Positions 9,614 to 18,927 of a DNA stretch of 64,000 bases are shown here, piece after piece. Under the pieces are notes generated by a model that worked only from the letters and a program-made list of their open reading frames with translations, did no database searches and was not told the DNA's origin. Made by a program: the position numbers and the translations under genes. Within the stretch, counting starts at the first letter, position 1, and each line of letters opens with the position of its first letter. Source of the stretch: Planctomycetota bacterium (GTDB taxonomy: Bacteria; Planctomycetota; UBA8108; SXIK01); NCBI GenBank assembly GCA_965223845.1, contig CBDCXR010000004.1:3360001-3424000 (forward strand). The letters are read 5' to 3'.

Positions 9614-9652
9614 AGTCGGCCGGCGATTCATTTCGTCGGCCGACTTTTTTTT
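9614..9652 (+). terminator. Rho-independent terminator
   Basis: 13-bp stem AGTCGGCCGGCGA/TCGTCGGCCGACT, 6-nt loop, then T8. Confidence 0.8.
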
Positions 9653-9896
9653 CGAGCGAGCCGCGCGCCGTCGAGCCCGCGAGTTCCCGACGGCCAGTCC
9701 GAGGCACGATCACGCCGGATCTCCTTCCCGGCCGCCCCGCGCACACCCCGATGTCGGATTCTCCGACATCGGGGTGTGGACTCGCGGCGAGCGCACTGGC
9801 GTCCGTTCACGTAGAATGCGCTCCTCCGCCCCGCCCAATTCGGCGGACCCGCTTCGCGGCTCCGACCAACGAACCGAGGACGAGCGAGCCAGATCC

Positions 9897-11348
9897 GTGC
9901 CCAGTCGACCCGAGGCCCCTCGCCCCCCGTCGCCCTACGACGAGCTTCTCGAGTGGATTCCGGCGGACCGGCTCGTCGCCGATCCGGCGCTCCTTCGACT
10001 TTACGAGTGCGACGGGTTCCCCCTCCACAAAGAGCTCCCGCCCGTCGTCGTTCGCTGCGCGTCCCGCGACGACGTGGTCGCGGCGGTACGCTGGTCGAAC
10101 GATCGCGGCCTCCCGTTCGTCCCCCGAGGCGCCGGCACCGGCCTCAGCGGCGGCGCGACCCCGGTCCGCGAAGGAATCGTGCTCGACATGAACCTCATGC
10201 GGCGGGTGATCGAGGTCGATCCGGCGAACGGATTCGCCGTCGTCGAGCCCGGTGTCGTCAATCTGAACATCTCGCGCGCCGCCGCACCGGACGGTTGCCA
10301 CTACGCACCCGACCCGTCGAGCCAGAAGGCGTGCACGATCGGCGGCAACGTCGCCGAGAACGCCGGCGGCCCTCACTGCCTCAAGTACGGCATGACGACC
10401 GACCACATCCTCGGCCTTGAGGTCGTCTTTCCCGACGGCAGCATCGCTGAACTCGGCGGACCCACGGCCGGCGTCGACGGCTACGACCTCGTCGGACTCT
10501 TCGTTGGAACGGAAGGAACGTTCGGCGTCGTCACCAAGGTGACCGTTCGTCTCCTTCCGGCGGCTCCGAGCGTACGCACCTTTCTCGCGATCTTCGACTC
10601 GATGAACCTCGCTTGTCGGTCGGTCGCCGAGATCACACGCACCGGAATCGAACCTGCGGCGCTCGAGATCCTCGACCAGCTCACGATCCGTGCGGTCGAA
10701 GCCTCCGTCTACGCCGCGGGGTATCCGCAGGACGCGGCGGCCGTCCTCCTCATCGAGATCGACGGTTTCGAAGCGGGACTCGACGGCGACGAGCGGCGCG
10801 TCCGCGAGATCGTCGAGCGGCACCACGCGCTCGAGTTTCTCGTCGCGAAGGACGAAGCGGACCGGCAACGACTCTGGCGTGGCCGGAAGGGTGCCTTCGG
10901 CGCGCTCGGACGCATCAACACCGACCTCTATGTTCTCGACGGCGTCGTTCCGCGCACGCGCCTCGAGGCGGCGCTCGAGGAGATCTACGCAATCGCGGAT
11001 CGCCACCGGATCGTTCTCTCGAACGTCTTTCACGCCGGCGACGGGAATCTCCATCCGAATATCTCTTACGACGGCCGCGACCCCGACGAGCGCGAACGCG
11101 TCCTCGCTGCGGGCCGCGAGATTCTCGCCGCGTGTGTAAGGGAGGGCGGCACGATCTCTGGGGAGCACGGCGTAGGAGTCGAGAAGCTCGAGTTCATGCC
11201 GCTCGTTTTCTCCGAGTCGGACCTCGCGCTCCAGCGCGACCTCCGCGGCGCCGTCGATCCGAAGATGCGGTCGAATCCCGGGAAGATTTTCCCGGACACC
11301 CGGGGCTGCGTGGAAGTCGGACGGAACCAACGGACGGTCGCGTCGTGA
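9897..11348 (+). CDS. glcD: Glycolate oxidase subunit GlcD (FAD-linked oxidase)
   Basis: PRGAGTGLSGG, PDPSSQ.ACTIGGNVAENAGG, HAGDGNLHP and GEHGVG motifs. Start must be downstream of the 9652 terminator (GTG 9897 or ATG 9816). Confidence 0.93.
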   Translation: MPSRPEAPRPPSPYDELLEWIPADRLVADPALLRLYECDGFPLHKELPPVVVRCASRDDVVAAVRWSNDRGLPFVPRGAGTGLSGGATPVREGIVLDMNLMRRVIEVDPANGFAVVEPGVVNLNISRAAAPDGCHYAPDPSSQKACTIGGNVAENAGGPHCLKYGMTTDHILGLEVVFPDGSIAELGGPTAGVDGYDLVGLFVGTEGTFGVVTKVTVRLLPAAPSVRTFLAIFDSMNLACRSVAEITRTGIEPAALEILDQLTIRAVEASVYAAGYPQDAAAVLLIEIDGFEAGLDGDERRVREIVERHHALEFLVAKDEADRQRLWRGRKGAFGALGRINTDLYVLDGVVPRTRLEAALEEIYAIADRHRIVLSNVFHAGDGNLHPNISYDGRDPDERERVLAAGREILAACVREGGTISGEHGVGVEKLEFMPLVFSESDLALQRDLRGAVDPKMRSNPGKIFPDTRGCVEVGRNQRTVAS

Positions 11349-12748
11349 ACACCGAGAAGAGGACTCCTGCGCCTACGCGCGCGGCGAGCGAGCTCGAGCG
11401 ATCGTTCTACCGCGCGGACGCGGCGCTCACGCCGAGCTCGCTCGACGACCTGATCGAGATCGTCGCCGACGCCCAGAGTGCGGGGCGCACCATCATCCCC
11501 TGCGGTACGGGCACGCGCGCGTACCTCGGACGCGCGCCCTCGGACCGAGTCACGCTCGTGTCGACGGCCGCGATGCGCGAGGTCGCACAGTACCGCCCGG
11601 ACGATTTCACGCTCGGCGTCGAGGCTGGTGTCCCCCTCGCGGAAGTGAAGGCGATGCTCGAGGAAAACCGCCAGGAGATCCCGGTCGACACCGACTGGAC
11701 ATCCGGCACGGTCGGCGGCTGGGTCGGGTCGAATGACGCCGGGCCCCGGGCGCGAAGCTGCGGCACGCTGCGCAACTTCGTCATCGGAATGGAAGGGCTC
11801 CGCGGCGGCGACCCGCCGAGCTCGTTTCGATCGGGCGGAATGGTCGTCAAAAACGTCGCCGGCTACGACGTCGCGAAGTTCCTCATCGGTTCGCTGGGGA
11901 CGGCGGGAATCGTTCTGCGCATCAATTTCAAGCTGCGCGCGATTCCTCCCGCGCGCCGCCTCTGGGTCGCGCCGTGCGCCGAGCTCGCATCGGCGTCGAA
12001 GTGCGCCGAAGCGATTCGCGACGCGCGCTTAGAGAGCGCGTTCGTGACGATCGTCGACGGACCGGCGAGCGGACGGCTCGGAGCCGCGGTCGGCGCGGAG
12101 CTCCCACTCGGCCCGCTCGCCCTCTGGTCGTTCGAAGGGAACGAGGACGTCGTCGCTTGGAAGGGACGGGAATCCGAGCGCGTCGCCCGGGAAGCGGGTG
12201 CCGAATCGCCCCTCGAATTCGACGACGCCGCGCGCCGTCGCGCGGTCGAGTTTCTCTGCCGCTCGACGAGGCCGCGAGTGCTCGTGCAGAGCGACCTCGA
12301 CGCCGAGGCCGAGGGATTGACGACGCTTCGCGTCCTTCCGACGAGGGCGCCGAGCGTCTCGCGAGCCGCGGCCGAGATCGTCGGACGGACGAACGAGCTC
12401 GATGTCGCTGTCGTCGACGCACTCGACGGAGCGATCCATCTGCGCTGGAACGCGGGCGACGTCCGGCGCCCGCTCGCGGCGCTCCGAGACCTCACCGCAG
12501 AAGAGCGCGGTTCTGGACGCGTGACCTACCTCCCGCCGGCGTTTCGATCGGAGTGGCCTTCGGCCCTCACCGAGAATCGGGCGAGCGCGATTTGGGCCGG
12601 GCGGCTCCGCCGCGCGTTCGATCCGCTCGGCGTGTTTTCGGCGGATCGCCTTCTCGCGACCGGAGCGGAGGCTGCGCCGCGATCCACGGCGAGCACGGTT
12701 CCGGGAGAAGCGAAGGAACCAGGGAGCGATGGAGGACCGTCGCCATGA
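11345..12748 (+). CDS. glcE: Glycolate oxidase FAD-binding subunit GlcE
   Basis: GG.VVKNVAGYD...GSLGT motif and C-terminal FDP.GVF. GTGA overlap with the glcD stop. Confidence 0.88.
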   Translation: MNTEKRTPAPTRAASELERSFYRADAALTPSSLDDLIEIVADAQSAGRTIIPCGTGTRAYLGRAPSDRVTLVSTAAMREVAQYRPDDFTLGVEAGVPLAEVKAMLEENRQEIPVDTDWTSGTVGGWVGSNDAGPRARSCGTLRNFVIGMEGLRGGDPPSSFRSGGMVVKNVAGYDVAKFLIGSLGTAGIVLRINFKLRAIPPARRLWVAPCAELASASKCAEAIRDARLESAFVTIVDGPASGRLGAAVGAELPLGPLALWSFEGNEDVVAWKGRESERVAREAGAESPLEFDDAARRRAVEFLCRSTRPRVLVQSDLDAEAEGLTTLRVLPTRAPSVSRAAAEIVGRTNELDVAVVDALDGAIHLRWNAGDVRRPLAALRDLTAEERGSGRVTYLPPAFRSEWPSALTENRASAIWAGRLRRAFDPLGVFSADRLLATGAEAAPRSTASTVPGEAKEPGSDGGPSP

Positions 12749-14031
12749 CGATCTCCGACGAGCGGACCGCCGAATTCCGGGCGCGCTTCGACGACTACAC
12801 CCGCACCCTCGACTGCGTGCACTGTGGACTGTGCGTCCCGCACTGTCCGACCTACGAAGCGACTCTTCACGAGGCGGACTCGCCGCGGGGACGGATCTAT
12901 CTCATGCGTCAGTTCGCCGAAGGCGCACTCTCGCTGAGTCCTCTCGCCGGCGAGCATCTCGACCGCTGCATCGTTTGTCGCGCGTGCGAGACGGCGTGTC
13001 CCTCGGGCGTCCGCATGGGCGATCTCATGGAATCGTTTCGCGCTCTCCAGCGGCTCGAGACACCTGCCCGCGGCGTTCGAGCCGGTCTCGGCCGCTGGTT
13101 CCTCCGTCGAGTCCTCCCCCACCGCCGGCGAATCGCCGCGTTTACGGATCTCGTCTATGCGGCGCAACTCTGCCGCTTCGATCGCGTGGCGCGCTGGCTC
13201 GACCGCGTTCTCTGTCGCGGTCGCTTTGCGTCCGTCGTCGGACTCTGGCCGCCGATCCCTCCGTTGAGCGAGCGCCGTCTTCCGACGGACGCGGATCGCC
13301 CCGAAGGGTTTCCCGCCCACGGGACAGCTCGGATGCGCGTCGGCCTCTTTCTCGGGTGCATCGCATCGGAATGGTTCGCGCACGTCCACCGCGCGACCGT
13401 ACGCGTTCTCCAAAAGAACGGCTGCGATGTCGTCCTTCCCGCCGCGCAAACCTGCTGCGGCGCGCTCCACCGCCACGCCGGGCTTCGCGCGGAAAGTGTG
13501 CCGCTCTGGGAGCAGAACGCCCGCGCCTTCGCTGCGGCCGGAGTGGACGCGATCGTCGTGAACGCGGCCGGCTGCGGCGCGGCGCTCAAGGAGGCACCGC
13601 CTGAATCGACCCGCGGAAGCCTTCCGGTGCGCGACGTTTGTGAGCTCCTCGACGAAATCGGACTGATTCCTCCGACGGAGCGGGTCGAGCGCACCGTCGC
13701 GTACGATCAACCCTGCCACCTCGTTCACGGCCAACGCATCGGGAAGGCTGTCGTCGAAGGTCTACTCGCCGAGATTCCGGGCCTGCGGCTCGTCGACTTG
13801 CCCGGGAGCGAGGACTGCTGCGGCAGCGGCGGTGTGTACAACCTCGCCCAGCGCGAGCTCGCGGCGGCGATCGGCGCGAAGAAAGCCGCGGCGATTCGCG
13901 CGAGCGGTGCCGAAACGATCGCGACCGGGAATCCCGGCTGCTCGCTTCAAATCCGCGCCGCGCTGGGGGACGGGGCGATCGAAGTGGTCCACCCGATCGA
14001 GCTCCTCGATCGCGCGTACGGCGATCGCTAG
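12745..14031 (+). CDS. glcF: Glycolate oxidase Fe-S subunit GlcF
   Basis: CVHCGLC...CP and CIVCRAC...CP ferredoxin motifs plus two CCG domains. ATGA overlap with glcE and a GGAGG RBS. Confidence 0.92.
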   Translation: MTISDERTAEFRARFDDYTRTLDCVHCGLCVPHCPTYEATLHEADSPRGRIYLMRQFAEGALSLSPLAGEHLDRCIVCRACETACPSGVRMGDLMESFRALQRLETPARGVRAGLGRWFLRRVLPHRRRIAAFTDLVYAAQLCRFDRVARWLDRVLCRGRFASVVGLWPPIPPLSERRLPTDADRPEGFPAHGTARMRVGLFLGCIASEWFAHVHRATVRVLQKNGCDVVLPAAQTCCGALHRHAGLRAESVPLWEQNARAFAAAGVDAIVVNAAGCGAALKEAPPESTRGSLPVRDVCELLDEIGLIPPTERVERTVAYDQPCHLVHGQRIGKAVVEGLLAEIPGLRLVDLPGSEDCCGSGGVYNLAQRELAAAIGAKKAAAIRASGAETIATGNPGCSLQIRAALGDGAIEVVHPIELLDRAYGDR

Positions 14032-14039
14032 AGCAAAAG

Positions 14040-14818
14040 TCCGCACGCGAAGCGAGGCGATGCGACGAAACCGAAGCGAACTCGTCGACTTCGTGACAAA
14101 ACCAGGAGAGGCGGCGCTACCGTCGTTCCGCTCGTCCGAGTGACGACGGACTCCGTCTCAACGTCTGAACGCTGAGCGCGAAGGTGCGAACCACCACGCG
14201 CACCCGCGCTCGTGCCCGAACGGCTCGGCTTGTGTCGCCACGCTCCACTCGCGACCACCGAACTCCGTCCGTGTGCGCGCGGAGTCCTTCCGCGCACACC
14301 GGCAAGAGTCATCGCGCTCACACTCTCCCGGTCGATTCCTACCCGTAACCCAGATTCCCGCCGGCACTCAACAAGAGCACGGTCCGTGCGGCGCCACCTC
14401 CCTGTCCATTCACGCCTCGCGGCGACTCGCCGCTTCGCTCGCCGAACCCGGTGAGAGGTCCGGGTTGAGCGCCCCTTCGACTCGGAGTCCTTCACTCCGC
14501 GATCCCATCGCGCAGAGAACGAACGGCGACAACCGGCAGCGCGTCGCTCCCGGCAGCGCGCGTATCAGCTTCCCTGTCGCTCCGACCTCGCTCCGATCCC
14601 CGCACCCGAACACGGAAGATCAGCGGTCTCGGAAGATTCGGACGGAGAAAGACCCGACTCGCAGACGACGTCTGAAGCCCACCCTTGTGCGAAGACCCGC
14701 GCGCGCTCGCAACGTCGTCGAGATCGCGTTTTAACGCGGCCTCTTGGTCCGGTCAATACGTGAGGCGGTTACGGCTCCGAACGCCGTTTTCGACCGAAGG
14801 GTGCAAGGGTTTTTTTGC
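14040..14818. ncRNA. Candidate structured non-coding region
   Basis: About 780 bp without a credible ORF and with many hairpins (14120-14149, 14271-14299, 14445-14466, 14483-14499, 14664/14719). Strand unresolved. Confidence 0.35.
14728..14756 (-). promoter_or_regulatory. Sigma70-like promoter pointing into the ORF-free region
   Basis: TTGACC-N17-TAAAAC on the minus strand. Confidence 0.45.
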
Positions 14819-15035
14819 TACGATTTGATCCTCGTTCCTTCCGTTTCACGCTCGGTGAGGGCTCGGCGGGTCGTCGCCGCTCCTTCCGACCGAACCGCCT
14901 CGCGGTATACTGTCGCGCCCGTCGTCGTGCCGCGCGCCGAGTTCCGGTCGCGCTCGTCACGCGGTTGCGCTGTAGCTCCTCTCGATCCACGCGGAGAGCA
15001 CGGCGTTTTCGCCCGTTCGGCTCGAGGCTCTCCGT

Positions 15036-16673
15036 ATGGCTCAGCGTTCTTCCCACCGCGGACTCGTCGTCGCGCCGCAGGCCGAAGCGGCCCGCGCGGG
15101 AGCACGCGTCCTCGAGGACGGCGGAACCGCGGCCGACGCGGCGGTGACGGCCGCGCTCGTCCAGGGTGCGGTCGACCCGCATCGCTGCGGGATCGGCGGC
15201 TTCGGATGCGCGACTCTCCACCGGAACAAGGCCGGAAAGACCGAGTGCTACGGTTTCCACGGACGCGCGGGGAGCCGCGCGCGGGAAGATCAGTGGACGT
15301 CGATCTTCCGCTCGGTCGCCCCGGACGGCTTCGGCTTCGTCGTCGACGGCAAGGTGAACGACGTCGGCTACCAGGCGATCACCGTTCCCGGAGTCGTCGC
15401 CGGCCTCGCGGCGATCCACGGCGCGGCGGGCCGAATGCCGTGGCGAGAGCTCGTCCTCCGCGCCGTTCCGTACGCCGAGGACGGCTTCCTCGTCACGAAG
15501 TCGCTCCACGAGTTTTGGCGGCGGCCCGGACTGTTCGATCGAGTGAGCACCGCGCAGCGGCTCGGTCTTACCAGCGCAGGGAAGAAGGTCGCGTTGAAGA
15601 ACGGCGAGCCGTACAAGGCCGGCGAAGTCTTCCGTCAACCCGAGCTAGCCCGCACCTACCGGCGCCTCGCTGAAGAGGGCGCGGAGAGCTTTTACCGTGG
15701 CGCTTTAGCGGACGAGATTGCGCGGGACTGGGATGCGAACGGGGCACTCGTCACCTCGGACGACCTCCGCGACTACTCGGTCGAGATCGAGCCTCCCGTC
15801 GCCCGCACCTACCGCGGCGCAGAGGTCCGCAGCTCGCCGCTTCCCGGCGGGGGCGTCGCGCTCCTTCAGACGCTCGCGCGCTTTGAAGCGATCGAATTCG
15901 ACCGCCTCCGTCGGGGCGGGAGCGAGTTCGTCGACGCCGTTGCAACGGTGCTCCACGCGGTGTCGGCGGACCGCCTCGAGAATCACGGCGACCCGCGGTT
16001 CGAAGGGAAGTCCGCGGAGGAACTGCTCGCGCCGGAGTGGATCGCTCGATTGGGCGCAACGACGACCGAATCGACGCCGGCGGGCGCAGACAGCCCGGAC
16101 ACGACTCAGCTCACCATCGTGGACGCCGAGAACAACGCCGTCGCATTCTCCCATTCGCTCGGATACGGCTCGGGAGTGTTCACGCCGGGTCTCGGCTTCA
16201 TGTTCAACAACTGCATGAGCGCGTTCGATCCTCGTCCGGGAAAACGCAACTCGATCGCCCCGGGAAAGGCGCGCTCGACGGCGGTCGCCGAGACGATCGT
16301 GCTTCGGGACGGAACGCCCATCCTCGCGCTCGGTTCGCCCGGCGCGGCGCGCATCACGGCCGCGCTCGCGCTCGTGATCGTGGACGTTCTCGATTACGGT
16401 AGGAACATCGCGGAGGCCGTCATCCAGCCGCGTTTCGACTCGTTCGGGGAACGGCGGCTGTTGCTCGAGTCGCGGATTCCACTCACGGTAGCGGACGAGC
16501 TTCGCGGCCGCGGCTGGAACGTAGAGCACCGCGAGATTTCCTTCGGAGTCGTAGGGCGAGTCTACGCGATCGAGTGGGACCGCCGCGGGGACGGCGAGCG
16601 ACTCGTCGCGGGAGTCGATCCGGGTGAACCGGGCGACGCCGGTTGGCCGGTCGAGCGTCCCACGGGGGGATAG
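15036..16673 (+). CDS. ggt: Gamma-glutamyltransferase family protein
   Basis: GGTAADAAV, GIGGFG and VPG motifs; DTTQLTIVD autoprocessing Thr site; GSPG motif. Confidence 0.92.
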   Translation: MAQRSSHRGLVVAPQAEAARAGARVLEDGGTAADAAVTAALVQGAVDPHRCGIGGFGCATLHRNKAGKTECYGFHGRAGSRAREDQWTSIFRSVAPDGFGFVVDGKVNDVGYQAITVPGVVAGLAAIHGAAGRMPWRELVLRAVPYAEDGFLVTKSLHEFWRRPGLFDRVSTAQRLGLTSAGKKVALKNGEPYKAGEVFRQPELARTYRRLAEEGAESFYRGALADEIARDWDANGALVTSDDLRDYSVEIEPPVARTYRGAEVRSSPLPGGGVALLQTLARFEAIEFDRLRRGGSEFVDAVATVLHAVSADRLENHGDPRFEGKSAEELLAPEWIARLGATTTESTPAGADSPDTTQLTIVDAENNAVAFSHSLGYGSGVFTPGLGFMFNNCMSAFDPRPGKRNSIAPGKARSTAVAETIVLRDGTPILALGSPGAARITAALALVIVDVLDYGRNIAEAVIQPRFDSFGERRLLLESRIPLTVADELRGRGWNVEHREISFGVVGRVYAIEWDRRGDGERLVAGVDPGEPGDAGWPVERPTGG

Positions 16674-16752
16674 AGTCACACGCCCCCTGAGAGCGAGACA
16701 CTCACGCAAAGACCGCGAACGACGCGAAGCGAAGCGGTAGCTAGGAGAACAC

Positions 16753-18003
16753 GTGATCGCAGACGTCGCCGTCTTGGGGGCCGGGCCCGCCGGAATCGAA
16801 GCCGCGCTCTACGCATACAAGCTCGGTCTGTCGGTCGTTCTTCTCGAGGCCGGCGAGCGACCCGGCACGAACATCGAGCGCTGGGGCTTCGTACGGCTGT
16901 TCACGCCGTGGAAACTGCTCGTCTCTCCGCTCGGGCAGTCGATCCTCCGGCGACGCGGACTAGCGGCGCCGGAGCCCGAATCGTTTCCGACGGGGCGCGA
17001 ATACATCGCGACGTACCTCGCGCCTCTCGCCGACGAGCTCGGTGATTCGCTCCGTATCCGGTCCGCCGTCGTCGGTGTGGGGAGAGTCGGTCTCCTCAAG
17101 ATGGAGAACATCGGCGGACGGAGACGGAGAGAGGCGCCGTTTCGCATCCTCGTTCGCTCGGCGAGCGGCGAGGACGAGGTCCGCGCGCGCGCGGTCATCG
17201 ACGCGACCGGAGTGTTCGCGACGCCGAACGCGCTCGGGGACGGAGGTGTCGCCGCTCGGGGAGAGCAGGCGAACGCCGATCGCATCGAATATCACGTCGC
17301 GGATCTTCGCGGTGAGGATCGAGCGCGCTTCGCGAATCGCTCGACCCTCCTCGTCGGCTCCGGGTACAGCGCCGCGACGATGCTCGTCGACCTCATCGAT
17401 CTCCGGGATTCCGCGGGCGAAACGTCGGTGATCTGGGCGCGCCGATCGTCGGGCCCCGCGCCGTTTCCGCTTTACGAGAACGACCCGCTGCCCGAGCGAG
17501 ACGCACTCGGTCGCCGCGCGAACATCGTCGCTGCCGATCCGCCGGAGGGTTGCCGCGTTCTCCCGGGCGTCGCCGTGGAAGAGGTCGCGCGCACGGAGGA
17601 CGATCGGCTCGCCGTCTCTCTCGTCCCGGTCGACGGCGGGGGCGCGCCGGAGACCGTCGTCGTCGATCGCATCCTCGCGAACGTCGGCTACCACCCGAAC
17701 GTCGACCTCTTTCGCGAGCTGCAAGTCCATCAGTGCTACGCGTCCGAGGGTCCGATGAACCTCGCCGCAGCCCTGTTCGCGGCGGCCGGAGGTAGCTCGG
17801 ACTGTCTCTCTCAGCGAGGACACGGCAGCGACGCACTTCGGAATCCCGAGCCGAACTTCTTTATCATCGGCCAGAAGAGCTACGGGCGAAGGAACGACTA
17901 CCTCCTTCAAGTCGCGTGGGAACAGATCCGGGACGTCTTTCGTTGTCTTCGAGACGATCCGGAACTCGACCTCTACCGCTCGCAAGAGACGACACCATCG
18001 TGA
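16753..18003 (+). CDS. FAD/NAD(P)-binding flavoprotein (FMO-like monooxygenase/oxidoreductase)
   Basis: GAGPAG, DATG and GSGYSA motifs; HQCYASEGP...DCL...NPEPNFF.IG.KSYGR C-terminus; AGGAG RBS. Confidence 0.88.
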   Translation: MIADVAVLGAGPAGIEAALYAYKLGLSVVLLEAGERPGTNIERWGFVRLFTPWKLLVSPLGQSILRRRGLAAPEPESFPTGREYIATYLAPLADELGDSLRIRSAVVGVGRVGLLKMENIGGRRRREAPFRILVRSASGEDEVRARAVIDATGVFATPNALGDGGVAARGEQANADRIEYHVADLRGEDRARFANRSTLLVGSGYSAATMLVDLIDLRDSAGETSVIWARRSSGPAPFPLYENDPLPERDALGRRANIVAADPPEGCRVLPGVAVEEVARTEDDRLAVSLVPVDGGGAPETVVVDRILANVGYHPNVDLFRELQVHQCYASEGPMNLAAALFAAAGGSSDCLSQRGHGSDALRNPEPNFFIIGQKSYGRRNDYLLQVAWEQIRDVFRCLRDDPELDLYRSQETTPS

Positions 18004-18926
18004 CGCCGCCGACGACGACCGAATCCCCGCGCGCACCTTCACCGCCGCTCGTCGGGCTCGATCGGCTCGACGAGCTGTGGTTCCAGGTCGGCGGAACGCG
18101 GTGCAACCTAGCCTGTCACCACTGCTTCATCAGTTGCCACCCGGGGAACGACCGCTTCGGCTTTCTCGGGCTGGATCGCATCGCCCCCTTCCTCGCCGAA
18201 GCGGAGGCGATGGGCGTGAAGGAGTTCTACTTCACCGGCGGGGAGCCGTTCCTCAACAAGGAGCTCCTCAGCATCCTCGACGCCACGCTCGCGATCGGTC
18301 CCGCGACCGTACTCACGAACGGAACCGTGTTCACCGAGCGCACGCTCGAGCGCCTGGCCGAGATCGAGGCGCGGAGTCGATACTCCCTCGAGCTTCGCGT
18401 CAGCATCGACGGCTACGACGCCGCGACGAACGACCCGATCCGCGGCGACGGCACATTCGCGGCGGCGATGGCGGGTGTTCGCGGATTGGTCAAGCACGGG
18501 TTTCTACCGATCATCACCATGACGCAGACTTGGCCCGAGCGCGAGACGATCGAAGTCCTCCGCCGCTTCCGCGGTGTACTCCAAGATGCCGGCTACGACC
18601 GGCCGCGGATCAAGATCCTGCCGACGATCCATCTGGGGGAAGAAGAGAAACGAACCCGCGCCTACGCGCCGGACGAAGTCGTGACCGAAGAGATGCTCGA
18701 TGGGTTCGACAAAGATCACCTCCTCTGCCACCACAGCCGCATCGTGACCGATCGCGGCGTCGCGGTGTGCCCGATTCTCATCGAGAAACCGGACGCACAC
18801 CTCGCCCCGACTCTAGCGGAAGCCGCCCGGCCGTTCGCACTCGGTCACAACGCGTGCTTCACGTGCTATCTCTACGGCACGATCTGCTCGAACGCAGGAA
18901 GCTCGCTGGGCGGGTCGGATCGCTGA
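18000..18926 (+). CDS. Radical SAM protein with Cys-rich C-terminus
   Basis: CNLACHHC motif, TGGEP, SIDG; C-terminal C...CP...CFTC...C. GTGA overlap with the upstream stop. Confidence 0.92.
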   Translation: MTPPTTTESPRAPSPPLVGLDRLDELWFQVGGTRCNLACHHCFISCHPGNDRFGFLGLDRIAPFLAEAEAMGVKEFYFTGGEPFLNKELLSILDATLAIGPATVLTNGTVFTERTLERLAEIEARSRYSLELRVSIDGYDAATNDPIRGDGTFAAAMAGVRGLVKHGFLPIITMTQTWPERETIEVLRRFRGVLQDAGYDRPRIKILPTIHLGEEEKRTRAYAPDEVVTEEMLDGFDKDHLLCHHSRIVTDRGVAVCPILIEKPDAHLAPTLAEAARPFALGHNACFTCYLYGTICSNAGSSLGGSDR

Positions 18927-18927
18927 T

